A stretch of DNA of 64,000 nt from Elusimicrobiota bacterium (GTDB lineage: Bacteria; Elusimicrobiota; Elusimicrobia; UBA1565; UBA9628), in contig JABEUV010000011.1 of NCBI GenBank assembly GCA_013044195.1, positions 10,577 through 74,576 of the forward strand, written 5' to 3'. Position 1 is the stretch's first letter. Every line of letters begins with the position of its first letter. The translations under genes were made by a program, and so were the position numbers. The notes under the pieces were generated by a model. The model saw only the letters and a list, made by a program, of their open reading frames with translations, was not told where the DNA came from and made no database searches. Of the stretch, positions 1-8,837 are shown piece after piece.

Positions 1-663
1 CGCGCCTATGCGGGACGCATTTCCGTTCTAGAAGGAACCGAGCATTGGAAGAAAGCAATCTCGCGCGGCAAGGGCGTGATCTTCGTGTCCAGCCACCTGG
101 GATTCTGGGAGATGAGCGCCGCCGCCGCGGGCCTGGCCGGAATGGCGCCGACCGTGGTCACGACTTACTTGAAGCCGAAGTGGCTGCACGACAAGATCGT
201 CGCCGCGCGCCGGTCCGCCGGCGTGAGCCACGCCTTCCACCCGGGCTCCGTGCCGACGGTGATGAAGGCCCTGCGCCGCGGCGGCAGCGCCGCGTTCATG
301 AACGACCAATACTCGCGCCCGCCCATGGGCCTGCCGGTTCCGTTCTTCGGCGTGAAGGTCGACACTTTGGCCGCCGTCGCCCCGCTGGCCCTGCGCAGCG
401 GTGCGGCCGTGGTGCCCGTCACCGTCCACCGCGACGCGGCCGGCCTCTGTCACGTCGTCATGGAGCCGGAGATCGAGTTCGGCGACGCCTTACGCGACGC
501 CGAGAGGGCCACGGCGATCATCGCCGCCATCGTCGAGCGCTGGGTCCGCGCCCGCCCCGAACAATGGCTCTGGATTCACCGCCGCTTCAAAAATGTCCAA
601 GAGGGTCAGTCCTTGACGCCCCCGCAAGCTGAACTTAAGTTGGAAAGGACTGACCCTCAATGA
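1..663 (+). CDS. Lipid A biosynthesis lauroyl/myristoyl acyltransferase (LpxL/HtrB family), 5' end outside window
   Basis: Frame 1 is open from nt 1 (RAYAGRISVLEGTEHWKKAISRGKGVIFVSSHLGFWEM...). Family-typical GKGVIFVSSHLG-WE block and C-terminal EQWLWIHRRFK motif. Confidence 0.7.
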   Translation, partial: RAYAGRISVLEGTEHWKKAISRGKGVIFVSSHLGFWEMSAAAAGLAGMAPTVVTTYLKPKWLHDKIVAARRSAGVSHAFHPGSVPTVMKALRRGGSAAFMNDQYSRPPMGLPVPFFGVKVDTLAAVAPLALRSGAAVVPVTVHRDAAGLCHVVMEPEIEFGDALRDAERATAIIAAIVERWVRARPEQWLWIHRRFKNVQEGQSLTPPQAELKLERTDPQ

Positions 664-1919
664 ACGAACTGATCGCGCTGGCGCCGCCGGACGCCGTCAA
701 GATCATGTTGACGCTGTTCTTGTGCTTCTTGATCGGGTTGGAGCGCGAGGACCGCGCGGCCGGCGGCGCCTATTCGTTCGGCGGCGTGAGAACCTTCCCG
801 TTGATCGGCTTGCTGGGCTACGCGTTGTCTTTGCTGTCGACGGCGTCCAGCCTGCCGTTCGCGGCGGGCTTCGCGGTGATCGGAGCTTTCCTCTTTATCT
901 CGTTTCGGCACAAGATCGACGACCACCCGACCTCGGGCGTCACGAGCGAGGTCTCCGCCCTACTGACCTACGCCCTGGGCGCGCTGATCCAGCGCGACTT
1001 CTACTGGATCGCGGCCACGCTCGTGGTAATCAGCTTGCTTCTGCTGGAGCTCAAGCGCGGCCTGGAGGACCTCTCGCGGCGCTTTGCCGGCGAGGAGATA
1101 CTGTCCTTCACCAAGTTCCTTCTGCTGGCCGCCGTGATCCTGCCCGCGGTGCCGGACCGCAGTTTTACCTCGTTTGAGCTCAACCCCTACAAGACCTGGC
1201 TCGTGGTGGTCGCCGTCAGCGGCGTCTCCTACGGCAGCTACGTGCTCCAGCGTCTGTTCAAGGGACGCGGCGGAGTATTAACCACCGCCCTGCTGGGCGG
1301 CGCCTACTCCTCGACCGTGACCACGGTCACGCTCGCCAAGAAATCGCGCGGCGCGGGAAGGCCGCGACTGTACGCAGGCTCCATTTTGATGGCGTCGGGC
1401 GTGATGTACGTGCGCCTGCTGGGCTTGCTTTGGATGTTCAACCGCGGCCTGTTTGCCTTGCTGGGACCATCCTTCGCGATCCTGGCCTTGATCGGTCTGC
1501 TCGCGGGACTGTGGTGGGCGCACCGCCCCGATACCGGCGGCGGCGCCGAGACGGCGGCCACGGCGCCCAAGAACCCGCTGGAGCTCGACGCGGCGTTCCT
1601 CTTCGCCGCCTTGTTCGTCGGCATCCTGATCGTCACTCACCTGGTCGTGACGTACCTGGGCAACGCGGGAGTCTACGGCCTGGCCGGGATCATGGGCCTG
1701 ACCGACGTGGACCCCTTCATCATGGGCATGACCCAGTCCGGCGCCGGCACCGCCCTGAACGTCGCCGCGGCCGCCATCGCCATCGCCGCGGCCAGCAACA
1801 ACGCGGTCAAGGGCGTCTACGCCTGGACCTTCGCCGAACGCGAAACCGGCCTGCCGTCGCTATTGCTCCTATTGGCGCTCGCAGCACTCGGACTTCTGCC
1901 CCTCCTGCGCTTAGGCTAA
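660..1919 (+). CDS. MgtC/SapB-family membrane protein with C-terminal DUF4010-like polytopic domain
   Basis: N-terminal LIGLEREDRAAGGAYSFGGVRTF matches the MgtC signature (GLERE...AG.RT). About 10 hydrophobic helices. ATGA overlap with the upstream gene. Confidence 0.6.
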   Translation: MNELIALAPPDAVKIMLTLFLCFLIGLEREDRAAGGAYSFGGVRTFPLIGLLGYALSLLSTASSLPFAAGFAVIGAFLFISFRHKIDDHPTSGVTSEVSALLTYALGALIQRDFYWIAATLVVISLLLLELKRGLEDLSRRFAGEEILSFTKFLLLAAVILPAVPDRSFTSFELNPYKTWLVVVAVSGVSYGSYVLQRLFKGRGGVLTTALLGGAYSSTVTTVTLAKKSRGAGRPRLYAGSILMASGVMYVRLLGLLWMFNRGLFALLGPSFAILALIGLLAGLWWAHRPDTGGGAETAATAPKNPLELDAAFLFAALFVGILIVTHLVVTYLGNAGVYGLAGIMGLTDVDPFIMGMTQSGAGTALNVAAAAIAIAAASNNAVKGVYAWTFAERETGLPSLLLLLALAALGLLPLLRLG

Positions 1920-3785
1920 GCGCACGGCGTCGAGCGTCGCCCGTATGCGCGCGCCAAGCTGACCCACGGAGTAGGGCTTGCTGAGGAATTCCGCGCCCGA
2001 CTCGAACACGGCGCGTCCGGGAATGGCGTCTTCGGTGTAGCCCGACGTGAACAGAACCCGCACGTCCGGGCGCAGGAGCGCGATGGCCTCAGCCAACTTG
2101 ACGCCGCCGAGCTTGGGCATGACCATGTCGATGAGCGCCAGACGCACCCGCCTTTCCCGGTCGCCGCGCAGAACCTCCAGAGCCTCCTCTCCATCGGGCG
2201 CTTCCAGCACCGTGTAGCCCAGCGCGCCGAGGATGCGCGTGCTCAATCGCCGGATGGGCGCCTCATCTTCGGCGATCAGCACGGTTTCGGTGCCGCGGGG
2301 CGTCGGGGCCGAAACCGCGGCGCGCGGCTCGGAGATCTCGGCCGCGTGCTGCGGCAGCAGGACCTCGAACGACGCGCCCTGCCCCCCCGCGCTGCGGCAG
2401 ACGATGGCTCCGCCGTTCTGCTTGGCGATGCCGTAGCAGGTCGCCAATCCCAGCCCCGTACCTTTGCCCTGCTCCTTTGTGGTGAAAAACGGCTCGAAGA
2501 GATGCGGCCTGGCCGCAGCGGGAACTCCCGGCCCGGTGTCGGACACGACAAGCCGGGCGTAGACCCCGGCGGCGAGGCCGTCGTACGCCGCCACTGCGCC
2601 CGCGTCCAACTCGACGAGACCCGCTTCGATGGTCAGCTTGCCTCCCTCGGACATCGCGTCGCGCGCGTTGACGGCCAGGTTCATCACCAACTGCTCGATC
2701 TGGCCGGGGTCCGCGCGCACCACCGCGGGCCGCGGGCCGGGAACGACCGACAGCTCAATGTGCTCGCCGATCACGCGACGCAGGAGCATGGCCATGGACA
2801 GAACCGCGTCGTTGAGATCGAACGGCCGGGGCTCGATGACCTGGCGCCTGGAGAACGCCAGCAGTTGCCCCGTCAATGCCGCCGCTCTAGCACCGGTGCG
2901 CCGGATTTCCTCCAGGTCGGCGCGAACCTGATGGCCCACGGGCAACGCCGCAATCGACATCTCCGAAAGCCCCAATATCGCGGTCAGCAAATTGTTGAAG
3001 TCATGGGCGATCCCTCCGGCCAGCCGGCCGACCGCCTCCATCTTTTGCGCTTGGCGCAGCCGCGTTTCGGTCTCCATCAACAAGCGCTCGCTTTCCACCC
3101 GCGCGGTGACGTCGCGCACGGCGGCGACGACCCGAGAGCCCGCCTCCGACTCGATTTCAGAGGTCCGGACTTCCACGGGGAACTCAGCGCCGTCCTTGCG
3201 CCGGTGCCGCCGCGCATCGGCAAATCCCCCCAAAATCGGCCCCGGCTCGGCGCAGAGCGCGGCGGCCGGAAGTCCGGCCGCCTCGTCGCGCGAATAGCCA
3301 TACATCGCCAGGGCGATATCGTTCATCTCCAGCACTCGCCCGGCGCCGACATCGATGACGACCAGGGCGTCGGCCACGGCGTTGAAAAGGCGCCGCCAAT
3401 TGCGTTCGCTGTCGCGCAACTCGCGCAAGGCCCGATTCCAGCCGGTGACGTCTCGCAGGATCGATATGCGCACGAAGCGCCCCTCGGACAGATGCCGCAC
3501 CGTGGTCACGTCGGCCTCGATAAGTTCGCCGCTCTTGGTGCGATGGCGCCAGACACCCCGATTTTGGTCGCCCGGATTCGTCGCCAAGCTTCGGCTCAGC
3601 CGCGACGCCTCATCCTGAGACCGGTAATCAAGAATATTCATCGCCAGAAATTCATCGTGGGTGTAGCCGTAGCGCGCGACCATCGCGTCGTTGACCGCAA
3701 GAATGCGCAAGGTCGATTCGTCGTAAACGACCATCGGATTCGGATTGCGGTCGAATATCGCCCGGCAGGTATCCGCAACACTCAT
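1911..3785 (-). CDS. Hybrid sensor histidine kinase (PAS-PAS-HisKA-HATPase_c-REC)
   Basis: PAS-like N-terminus, H-box AHDFNNLLTAILG, G2 box GLGLATCYGIAKQNGG, and a C-terminal receiver (LIAEDEAPIRRL...IDMVMPKLGG). Confidence 0.85.
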   Translation of the reverse strand: MSVADTCRAIFDRNPNPMVVYDESTLRILAVNDAMVARYGYTHDEFLAMNILDYRSQDEASRLSRSLATNPGDQNRGVWRHRTKSGELIEADVTTVRHLSEGRFVRISILRDVTGWNRALRELRDSERNWRRLFNAVADALVVIDVGAGRVLEMNDIALAMYGYSRDEAAGLPAAALCAEPGPILGGFADARRHRRKDGAEFPVEVRTSEIESEAGSRVVAAVRDVTARVESERLLMETETRLRQAQKMEAVGRLAGGIAHDFNNLLTAILGLSEMSIAALPVGHQVRADLEEIRRTGARAAALTGQLLAFSRRQVIEPRPFDLNDAVLSMAMLLRRVIGEHIELSVVPGPRPAVVRADPGQIEQLVMNLAVNARDAMSEGGKLTIEAGLVELDAGAVAAYDGLAAGVYARLVVSDTGPGVPAAARPHLFEPFFTTKEQGKGTGLGLATCYGIAKQNGGAIVCRSAGGQGASFEVLLPQHAAEISEPRAAVSAPTPRGTETVLIAEDEAPIRRLSTRILGALGYTVLEAPDGEEALEVLRGDRERRVRLALIDMVMPKLGGVKLAEAIALLRPDVRVLFTSGYTEDAIPGRAVFESGAEFLSKPYSVGQLGARIRATLDAVRLA

Positions 3786-3842
3786 GAGCCCAGCGTAGCG
3801 GAGGAGCGATGACGCGGCGCTTAAGTCGGGATTAATTCCGCC

Positions 3843-4502
3843 TCAGCGCAGGCGGTGGACCAAGCCGGTGATCAGCGCGTCGGCGCCGTTCCAGGCGATC
3901 TGCACGCCGATGCAGAGCAACAAAAACGCGACCACGCGCAGAACGCCGTGCGCAGTCGACGGCGGAATGACGCGCGCGATTTTGGGCGCGTAGGCGTAGG
4001 CCAGATACACCAGCGCGCACAGCGCGGCCGCGGCCAGGAACAAGCCGACGTGAGTCAGCACGTCGTCGGAGAAGACCTTCCGCGACGCGTGCGCGCTCAG
4101 CGTCAGCATGACCACGATGCACCCCGGACCCGCCGTCACGGGAAACGTCAAAGGATAGAACGTGCCTTGATCGGCGTCGCGCGGCGAGGAAGGCCGCGGC
4201 GCGTCGGACGGCTCATCCTTCTCATTGAGCATCGACCAGCCCATGGCGGCCAGCACCAGGCCGCCGGAGACCTGGACGATGGGCAAGGAAATGCCGAAGA
4301 AGCTCAACGCGGCCGAGCCCACCAACTCGACGGCGGCGAAAAACAGGATGGTGTTGAACGCGATGCTCCGCGCCAGCGCGCGGTACTCCCCCGCGGGGCG
4401 CACGCCGACCAGCCCCAGAAATACCAACGCGGAGCCCAGCGGGTTGACCACGGGCAGAAGCGCGCTGAACGCCAGCACGAAGTATTTCCAAATAAGCGGC
4501 AT
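3843..4502 (-). CDS. MarC-family (UPF0056) integral membrane protein
   Basis: 219 aa, six hydrophobic segments, conserved NPLGSA motif near the N-terminus. Confidence 0.7.
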   Translation of the reverse strand: MPLIWKYFVLAFSALLPVVNPLGSALVFLGLVGVRPAGEYRALARSIAFNTILFFAAVELVGSAALSFFGISLPIVQVSGGLVLAAMGWSMLNEKDEPSDAPRPSSPRDADQGTFYPLTFPVTAGPGCIVVMLTLSAHASRKVFSDDVLTHVGLFLAAAALCALVYLAYAYAPKIARVIPPSTAHGVLRVVAFLLLCIGVQIAWNGADALITGLVHRLR

Positions 4503-4525
4503 GAGATGTTCCCGATCCCGACTTG

Positions 4526-4996
4526 TTAGACGGCGTCCAGCATGGCCTGGGCGTGGCCGGTCACCGAGACCTTGCGCAGCGCGGCCTTGATCCGGCCGTC
4601 GGGACCGATCACGAACGTGGAACGCTCCACGCCCAGGAACTTGCGGCCGTACAAGGTCTTCATGCGCCAGACGCCGTAGGCCTTGCAGATCTCGCGCTCC
4701 TCATCGACGAGCAGAGGGAAGGGCAGGCCGTGCTTGGCCTTAAAGCCCGCATGGGATTTGGCCGAGTCGGGGCTGACGCCCAGCACCACGACCTTCTTCT
4801 TGGCGAAGTTGTCGTAGCGGTCGCGGAAATCGCAGGCCTCGGTCGTGCAGCCGGGAGTGTTGTCCTTCGGATAGAAGTAGAGCACGACGGACTTGCCCTT
4901 GAGCGCCTTGAGCGACCAGCCGCGGCCGGTCTCGTCCTGCGCGGAGAAATCGGGAGCCTTGTCCCCGACGGAGAGTTCGCGCGTCTTGGTCGCCAT
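4526..4996 (-). CDS. bcp: Thiol peroxidase Bcp (peroxiredoxin, bacterioferritin comigratory protein)
   Basis: 156 aa. VVLYFYPKDNTPGCTTEACDFRD active site with peroxidatic and resolving Cys (CxxxxC). Confidence 0.9.
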   Translation of the reverse strand: MATKTRELSVGDKAPDFSAQDETGRGWSLKALKGKSVVLYFYPKDNTPGCTTEACDFRDRYDNFAKKKVVVLGVSPDSAKSHAGFKAKHGLPFPLLVDEEREICKAYGVWRMKTLYGRKFLGVERSTFVIGPDGRIKAALRKVSVTGHAQAMLDAV

Positions 4997-5093
4997 CCGA
5001 GCATTGTACTTCTATGTCCCGTGCGAGTCAAATCCGGCGGCGTATACGGGCATTGACGAACAGATAGCGATAAACGTAACTTTCACAATATCC

Positions 5094-6638
5094 ATGCTCC
5101 CGTCTTCCAACACCTCCGAGGAAAACACGGTGCGTCTGATTCTGATTGAAGACTCCGACGACGATGTCGAGCTCATCGGGCGAGAGTTGACGTCCGGCGG
5201 AATTCGATGCGAGATTCGGCGCGTGCAGGCGCTCGTCGAATTAGGCCGCGCGCTCGCCGATTTTCGTCCCGACGCCGTGCTGTGCGACTATCTTCTGCCC
5301 GGCTTTACCGCTCCCGAGGCGCTGGCCTTGGTCCGGTCCTCGCATCCCAATCTTCCTTTCTTATGCGTTTCGGGCAGCGTCGGCGAGGGAAAAATCGTCA
5401 CGTTGCTCAAGGACGGCGCGACCGACTGCGTGCTCAAGGACCGCCTCGCCCGCCTGCCGGCGAGCCTGCGCCGCGCGCTGGAGCAGGCGCGGGAGCGCGC
5501 CGACCGCCTGCGCGCCGAGGAAGAATTGAGCGCCAGCCGCGAGCAACTCCTGCAGGCGCAGAAGATGGAGGCGGTCGGGCGCTTGGCCGGAGGCGTCGCG
5601 CACGACTTCAACAACATCCTGACCACGATCTCGGGCTACGCCGAGCTCTTGAACGCGGCCCTGCCGTCCGATTCTCCACACAGAGAGGATGTGAACGAAA
5701 TACTCGCCGCCTCCGCGCGGGCCGCCCAGTTGACGCGTCAGCTCCTCGCCTTCGGACGACGGCAGGTTCTTGAAATGCGCGTCCTCGACCTTAACGAGAT
5801 CGTGCGCGGCGTTTCGCGCATGCTTACGCGGGTGATCGGCGAGGACGTGCGCATCGAGCTGGCCTTGGCGCCGGACTTGCGCCGCGTGCGCGCCGACTCG
5901 GGCCAACTGGAGACCGTGCTGATGAACCTGGCGGTCAACGCGCGCGACGCCATGCCCAAGGGCGGGCATCTCAAACTGGCCACGCGCGCCGATGGGGACT
6001 TCGTGGAGCTGACGGTCACCGACGACGGACTGGGCATGAGCGCCGAGGTCCGCGCGCGGCTCTTCGAACCTTTTTTCACCACCAAGGAGAAAGGCAAGGG
6101 CACCGGCCTGGGACTTTCGACCGCCTACGGCGTCGTGCGCCAATCTGACGGCACCATCGATGTGGAAAGCTCTCCCGGCCGCGGCGCGACATTCCGAATC
6201 CGCCTGCCCGCGACCGACGAGGAGGCGGACAGCGTGCGCGTCGGCGCGCCTGCCGCCGCCGCGGGCGGACGCGAAACCGTGCTCGTCATTGAGGACGAGG
6301 CGCCTCTGCGCCAGCTGCTGGTCCGAGTGCTCGGCGAACTCGGCTACCACGTGATCCCGGCCGCGGGGGCCAAGGAGGCGCTTGCGGCGTCCGCCGAGAC
6401 CGCCGGGATCGACGCGGCGGTCGTGGACGTCATCATGCCCGAGCTCGACGGCCCTTCGCTTGTGGCGCGCCTGCGCGAAAGCCGCCCCTCGCTCAAGGCG
6501 CTGTTTATTTCCGGCTATGCCGATCAGGTGCGCCTGCCTGAGCCCGAAAGCGGCAAGTCCTATCCATTCCTCGCCAAGCCCTTCACCTCCGCGGCCTTGG
6601 CCGCTAAGCTCCGCGAAATGCTCGACGCCCGGCCTTAA
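5094..6638 (+). CDS. Hybrid sensor histidine kinase/response regulator (REC-coiled coil-HisKA-HATPase_c-REC)
   Basis: Start chosen at ATG 5094 (MLPSSNTSEENTVRLILIEDSDDDVEL = N-terminal receiver). H-box AHDFNNILTTISGY, G-box GKGTGLGLSTAYG. C-terminal receiver VLVIEDEAPLRQL...DVIMPELDG. Confidence 0.85.
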   Translation: MLPSSNTSEENTVRLILIEDSDDDVELIGRELTSGGIRCEIRRVQALVELGRALADFRPDAVLCDYLLPGFTAPEALALVRSSHPNLPFLCVSGSVGEGKIVTLLKDGATDCVLKDRLARLPASLRRALEQARERADRLRAEEELSASREQLLQAQKMEAVGRLAGGVAHDFNNILTTISGYAELLNAALPSDSPHREDVNEILAASARAAQLTRQLLAFGRRQVLEMRVLDLNEIVRGVSRMLTRVIGEDVRIELALAPDLRRVRADSGQLETVLMNLAVNARDAMPKGGHLKLATRADGDFVELTVTDDGLGMSAEVRARLFEPFFTTKEKGKGTGLGLSTAYGVVRQSDGTIDVESSPGRGATFRIRLPATDEEADSVRVGAPAAAAGGRETVLVIEDEAPLRQLLVRVLGELGYHVIPAAGAKEALAASAETAGIDAAVVDVIMPELDGPSLVARLRESRPSLKALFISGYADQVRLPEPESGKSYPFLAKPFTSAALAAKLREMLDARP

Positions 6639-6710
6639 AGGAAAATTCAGCGCGAGCTCAGCGCGCGGACGGCGCCCGCGTCCATAATGGGAACGTCGCG
6701 CGGAGGCCGC

Positions 6711-7151
6711 ATGAAAGCTTGCGCTTTATTCGCCGTCATCATCCTGCTCCTGTCGGCCTGCTCGGGACCTCGGGCGCGGCTTGTCGGCGGGCGTATACCC
6801 GACGTTTTGGACGAGAGGCCCGAAGCAAGCGCCTATTTCGAGGCCGTCGGCATCGGCGCGTCGGACCCCGCCCTGCCGACCGAAACCCAGCGGCGCGCGC
6901 TGGCGCGCGACGCGGCCATCGTGCAGGCCCAATACGAACTACTGTCCATGATCAAAGGAGTGGAACTCGACGGCGGCTACAAGATCTCGCGCGCCATCGA
7001 GGTGGACTCCACGCTTGAGACAAAGGTGAACGCCGCCGTACGCGGCGCGGAAGTCTTAAAAAGCGAGTTCACCTCCGACGGCGGCTGCGTGGTCACTTTG
7101 CGCCTACCCAAACGGCGGTTGGGCGCTGAAACGGGTCTGGCGCTGCGCTGA
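6711..7151 (+). CDS. Lipoprotein, LPP20/FlgP-like family (tentative)
   Basis: Signal peptide with lipobox LLSAC. A.GIG...A...A...I.G.....GG pattern resembles LPP20-family lipoproteins. A start at 6687 is also possible. Confidence 0.45.
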   Translation: MKACALFAVIILLLSACSGPRARLVGGRIPDVLDERPEASAYFEAVGIGASDPALPTETQRRALARDAAIVQAQYELLSMIKGVELDGGYKISRAIEVDSTLETKVNAAVRGAEVLKSEFTSDGGCVVTLRLPKRRLGAETGLALR

Positions 7152-7174
7152 GCCGCGCGGATTTTGAATTGTCT

Positions 7175-7203
7175 GTTGACATAGGGGCGCGCATGCTTTA
7201 TCC
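7175..7203 (+). promoter_or_regulatory. Sigma70-like promoter upstream of the OmpR-family regulator (TTGACA-N17-TATCCT)
   Basis: TTGACA at 7175-7180, 17-nt spacer, TATCCT at 7198-7203, 15 nt before the ATG at 7219. Confidence 0.3.
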
Positions 7204-7218
7204 TATGCAAACCAAGCA

Positions 7219-7929
7219 ATGCCCGCCAAAATACTGGTCGTAGACGATGACCGCGCGATCCTTGGTCTCGTCAAGAAATTTCTAACGTCCAGCGGCATGA
7301 CCGTGATGGTCTCCGACGACGGCTCCGAGGCGCTCCTGCTGGTACGCGACTCCAAGCCCGACCTGATCTTGTGCGACGCCGCCATGCCTGGGCTCGACGG
7401 CCACGCGCTGTGCCGCCGCATCAAGGCGGAGGCGACGACCGGCTCAATTCCCGTGATCCTGATGTCCGGCGAACGCGTCGACGACAAGTCCATGCTGCAG
7501 GGCTTCGAGGGCGGCGCCGACGACTACGTGCTCAAGCCATTTTCCCTGCCGGTTCTGCTCGCCCGCCTTCAAGCCGTTCTGCGCCGCTACGCGACCGCCC
7601 GCTCCAGCGACGAGACGCTGCGCAAGTGCGGCCTGGAGCTTGACGCCGCCGGACGTACGGTCAAGGTCGGAAAGTCCCCGGTGTCCCTGACGCGCAAGGA
7701 ATTCGATCTGCTGGCGGTGCTGGTGGAGAAGAGCGGCAAGGTTCTCTCGATCCCTTACCTTCTAGAGACCGTCTGGGGCTACGATCCCGCCGACTACAAC
7801 GACCCGGGCACCGTCGAGGTGCACGTCTATCACCTGCGCAAGAAGCTGGGTCCCACGCTGGCCAAGCGCATACTGAACCTTCCCGGCCTCGGCTACAAGT
7901 TCGACGACGCGCCCGCCCGCGTCGCTTAA
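7219..7929 (+). CDS. OmpR/PhoB-family two-component response regulator
   Basis: Receiver with D-box ILVVDDD and LILCDAAMPGLDG. C-terminal winged helix (LTRKEFDLLAVLV...VEVHVYHLRKKLG). Confidence 0.9.
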   Translation: MPAKILVVDDDRAILGLVKKFLTSSGMTVMVSDDGSEALLLVRDSKPDLILCDAAMPGLDGHALCRRIKAEATTGSIPVILMSGERVDDKSMLQGFEGGADDYVLKPFSLPVLLARLQAVLRRYATARSSDETLRKCGLELDAAGRTVKVGKSPVSLTRKEFDLLAVLVEKSGKVLSIPYLLETVWGYDPADYNDPGTVEVHVYHLRKKLGPTLAKRILNLPGLGYKFDDAPARVA

Positions 7930-7985
7930 GACCGACTTCATCCCGCGTTCGGAACGCGGTCATCGCGCGCGGTTATGCTGAGAGC

Positions 7986-8783
7986 ATGGACACGCGCTCT
8001 CTTCGCAGGCTCCTGGTCCTCGCCTCCCTGGCTCCGGCGCCGGTCTTCGCCGCCTCCGGGATGGACGGTCTGGCGCGGGAACTGGCCGACGGCGCGCGCG
8101 CGGCGGGCCTGGCGCGGGTCGCCGTCGCGCGGCTGGAGCCCGCCGGAGGACGCGACGACGGCCGCGGCGAGGCGCTGACCGAACAGCTGACGTTGGCCCT
8201 GGTGCGCGGCGGCCGCGTGCAGACGGTGGAGCGCTCTTTGCTTGGCAAGCTTGCCGATGAGATGAAGCTCGACCGGACCGGCGCCGTCGCGGGTGCCACC
8301 GACCGCGAGGCCAAGCTGGCCTCAGCCGACGCGCTGATCGTGGGCCGCTACGAGATCACCGAGGGACGCGTGCGCGTCTATGCCCGCGTCGTCGAGGCGC
8401 AGACCGGCATCATCGTCGCCGCGGGCGGGGCGGACGTCGCCGACGATTCGTCGGTCGTCCTGCGCGACGCCGTCGCCGCTCCCGCCGCGGCGGAAACCGA
8501 CTGCTCGGCGGCCTCCGAGCGCGTGGCCGCGGTGCAAGAAGACATGCTCGACCTCAAGGCGCGCTACTGGGCCTTCCGGCGGCGGCTGGGCGTCGACGAG
8601 ACCGCCGCCCGGGCCGACGCGCGCCAGACCATCCCCGACGCCGACCAGCGCTCGCGCTACGAATACGCTCTCGCGTCCTGGACCGCCGCCGACGAGGTCC
8701 CCCCGCTCAGCGGCGCGGAAGTCGCGCGCTTAAACGAGTCGCAGGCCCGAGCCCGCGAACTCGTGCGCTCCTGCCGGCTCTAA
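7986..8783 (+). CDS. Secreted protein with FlgO/LpoB/TolB-N-like fold (hypothetical)
   Basis: Signal peptide (LLVLASLAPAPVFAAS). Pattern RVAVARL...LTEQLTLALVRGGRVQTVERSLLGKLADEMKLDRTG...ALIVGRYEI is typical of this alpha/beta periplasmic domain. Confidence 0.35.
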   Translation: MDTRSLRRLLVLASLAPAPVFAASGMDGLARELADGARAAGLARVAVARLEPAGGRDDGRGEALTEQLTLALVRGGRVQTVERSLLGKLADEMKLDRTGAVAGATDREAKLASADALIVGRYEITEGRVRVYARVVEAQTGIIVAAGGADVADDSSVVLRDAVAAPAAAETDCSAASERVAAVQEDMLDLKARYWAFRRRLGVDETAARADARQTIPDADQRSRYEYALASWTAADEVPPLSGAEVARLNESQARARELVRSCRL

Positions 8784-8837
8784 AATACCGGAGACCTTGA
8801 TCGGGCGCGACTCCCGCAACGCGGGCGCGAGAAGCCG

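Noticed and set aside
28-632. Overlapping ORFs (28-453 minus, 45-632 plus, 401-616 plus) within the LpxL gene region
   Set aside because: Arg/Gly/Pro-rich translations typical of off-frame reading of GC-rich DNA. The frame-1 LpxL reading has clear family motifs.
2346-3812. 488-aa plus-strand ORF antisense to the hybrid histidine kinase
   Set aside because: No domains, strongly Arg/Gly-biased. The opposite strand encodes a fully motif-supported kinase.
7943-7959. Short GC hairpin (CCGCGTT-CGG-AACGCGG) after the OmpR-family gene as a possible terminator
   Set aside because: No downstream T-tract. The stem is short and too weak to call an intrinsic terminator.
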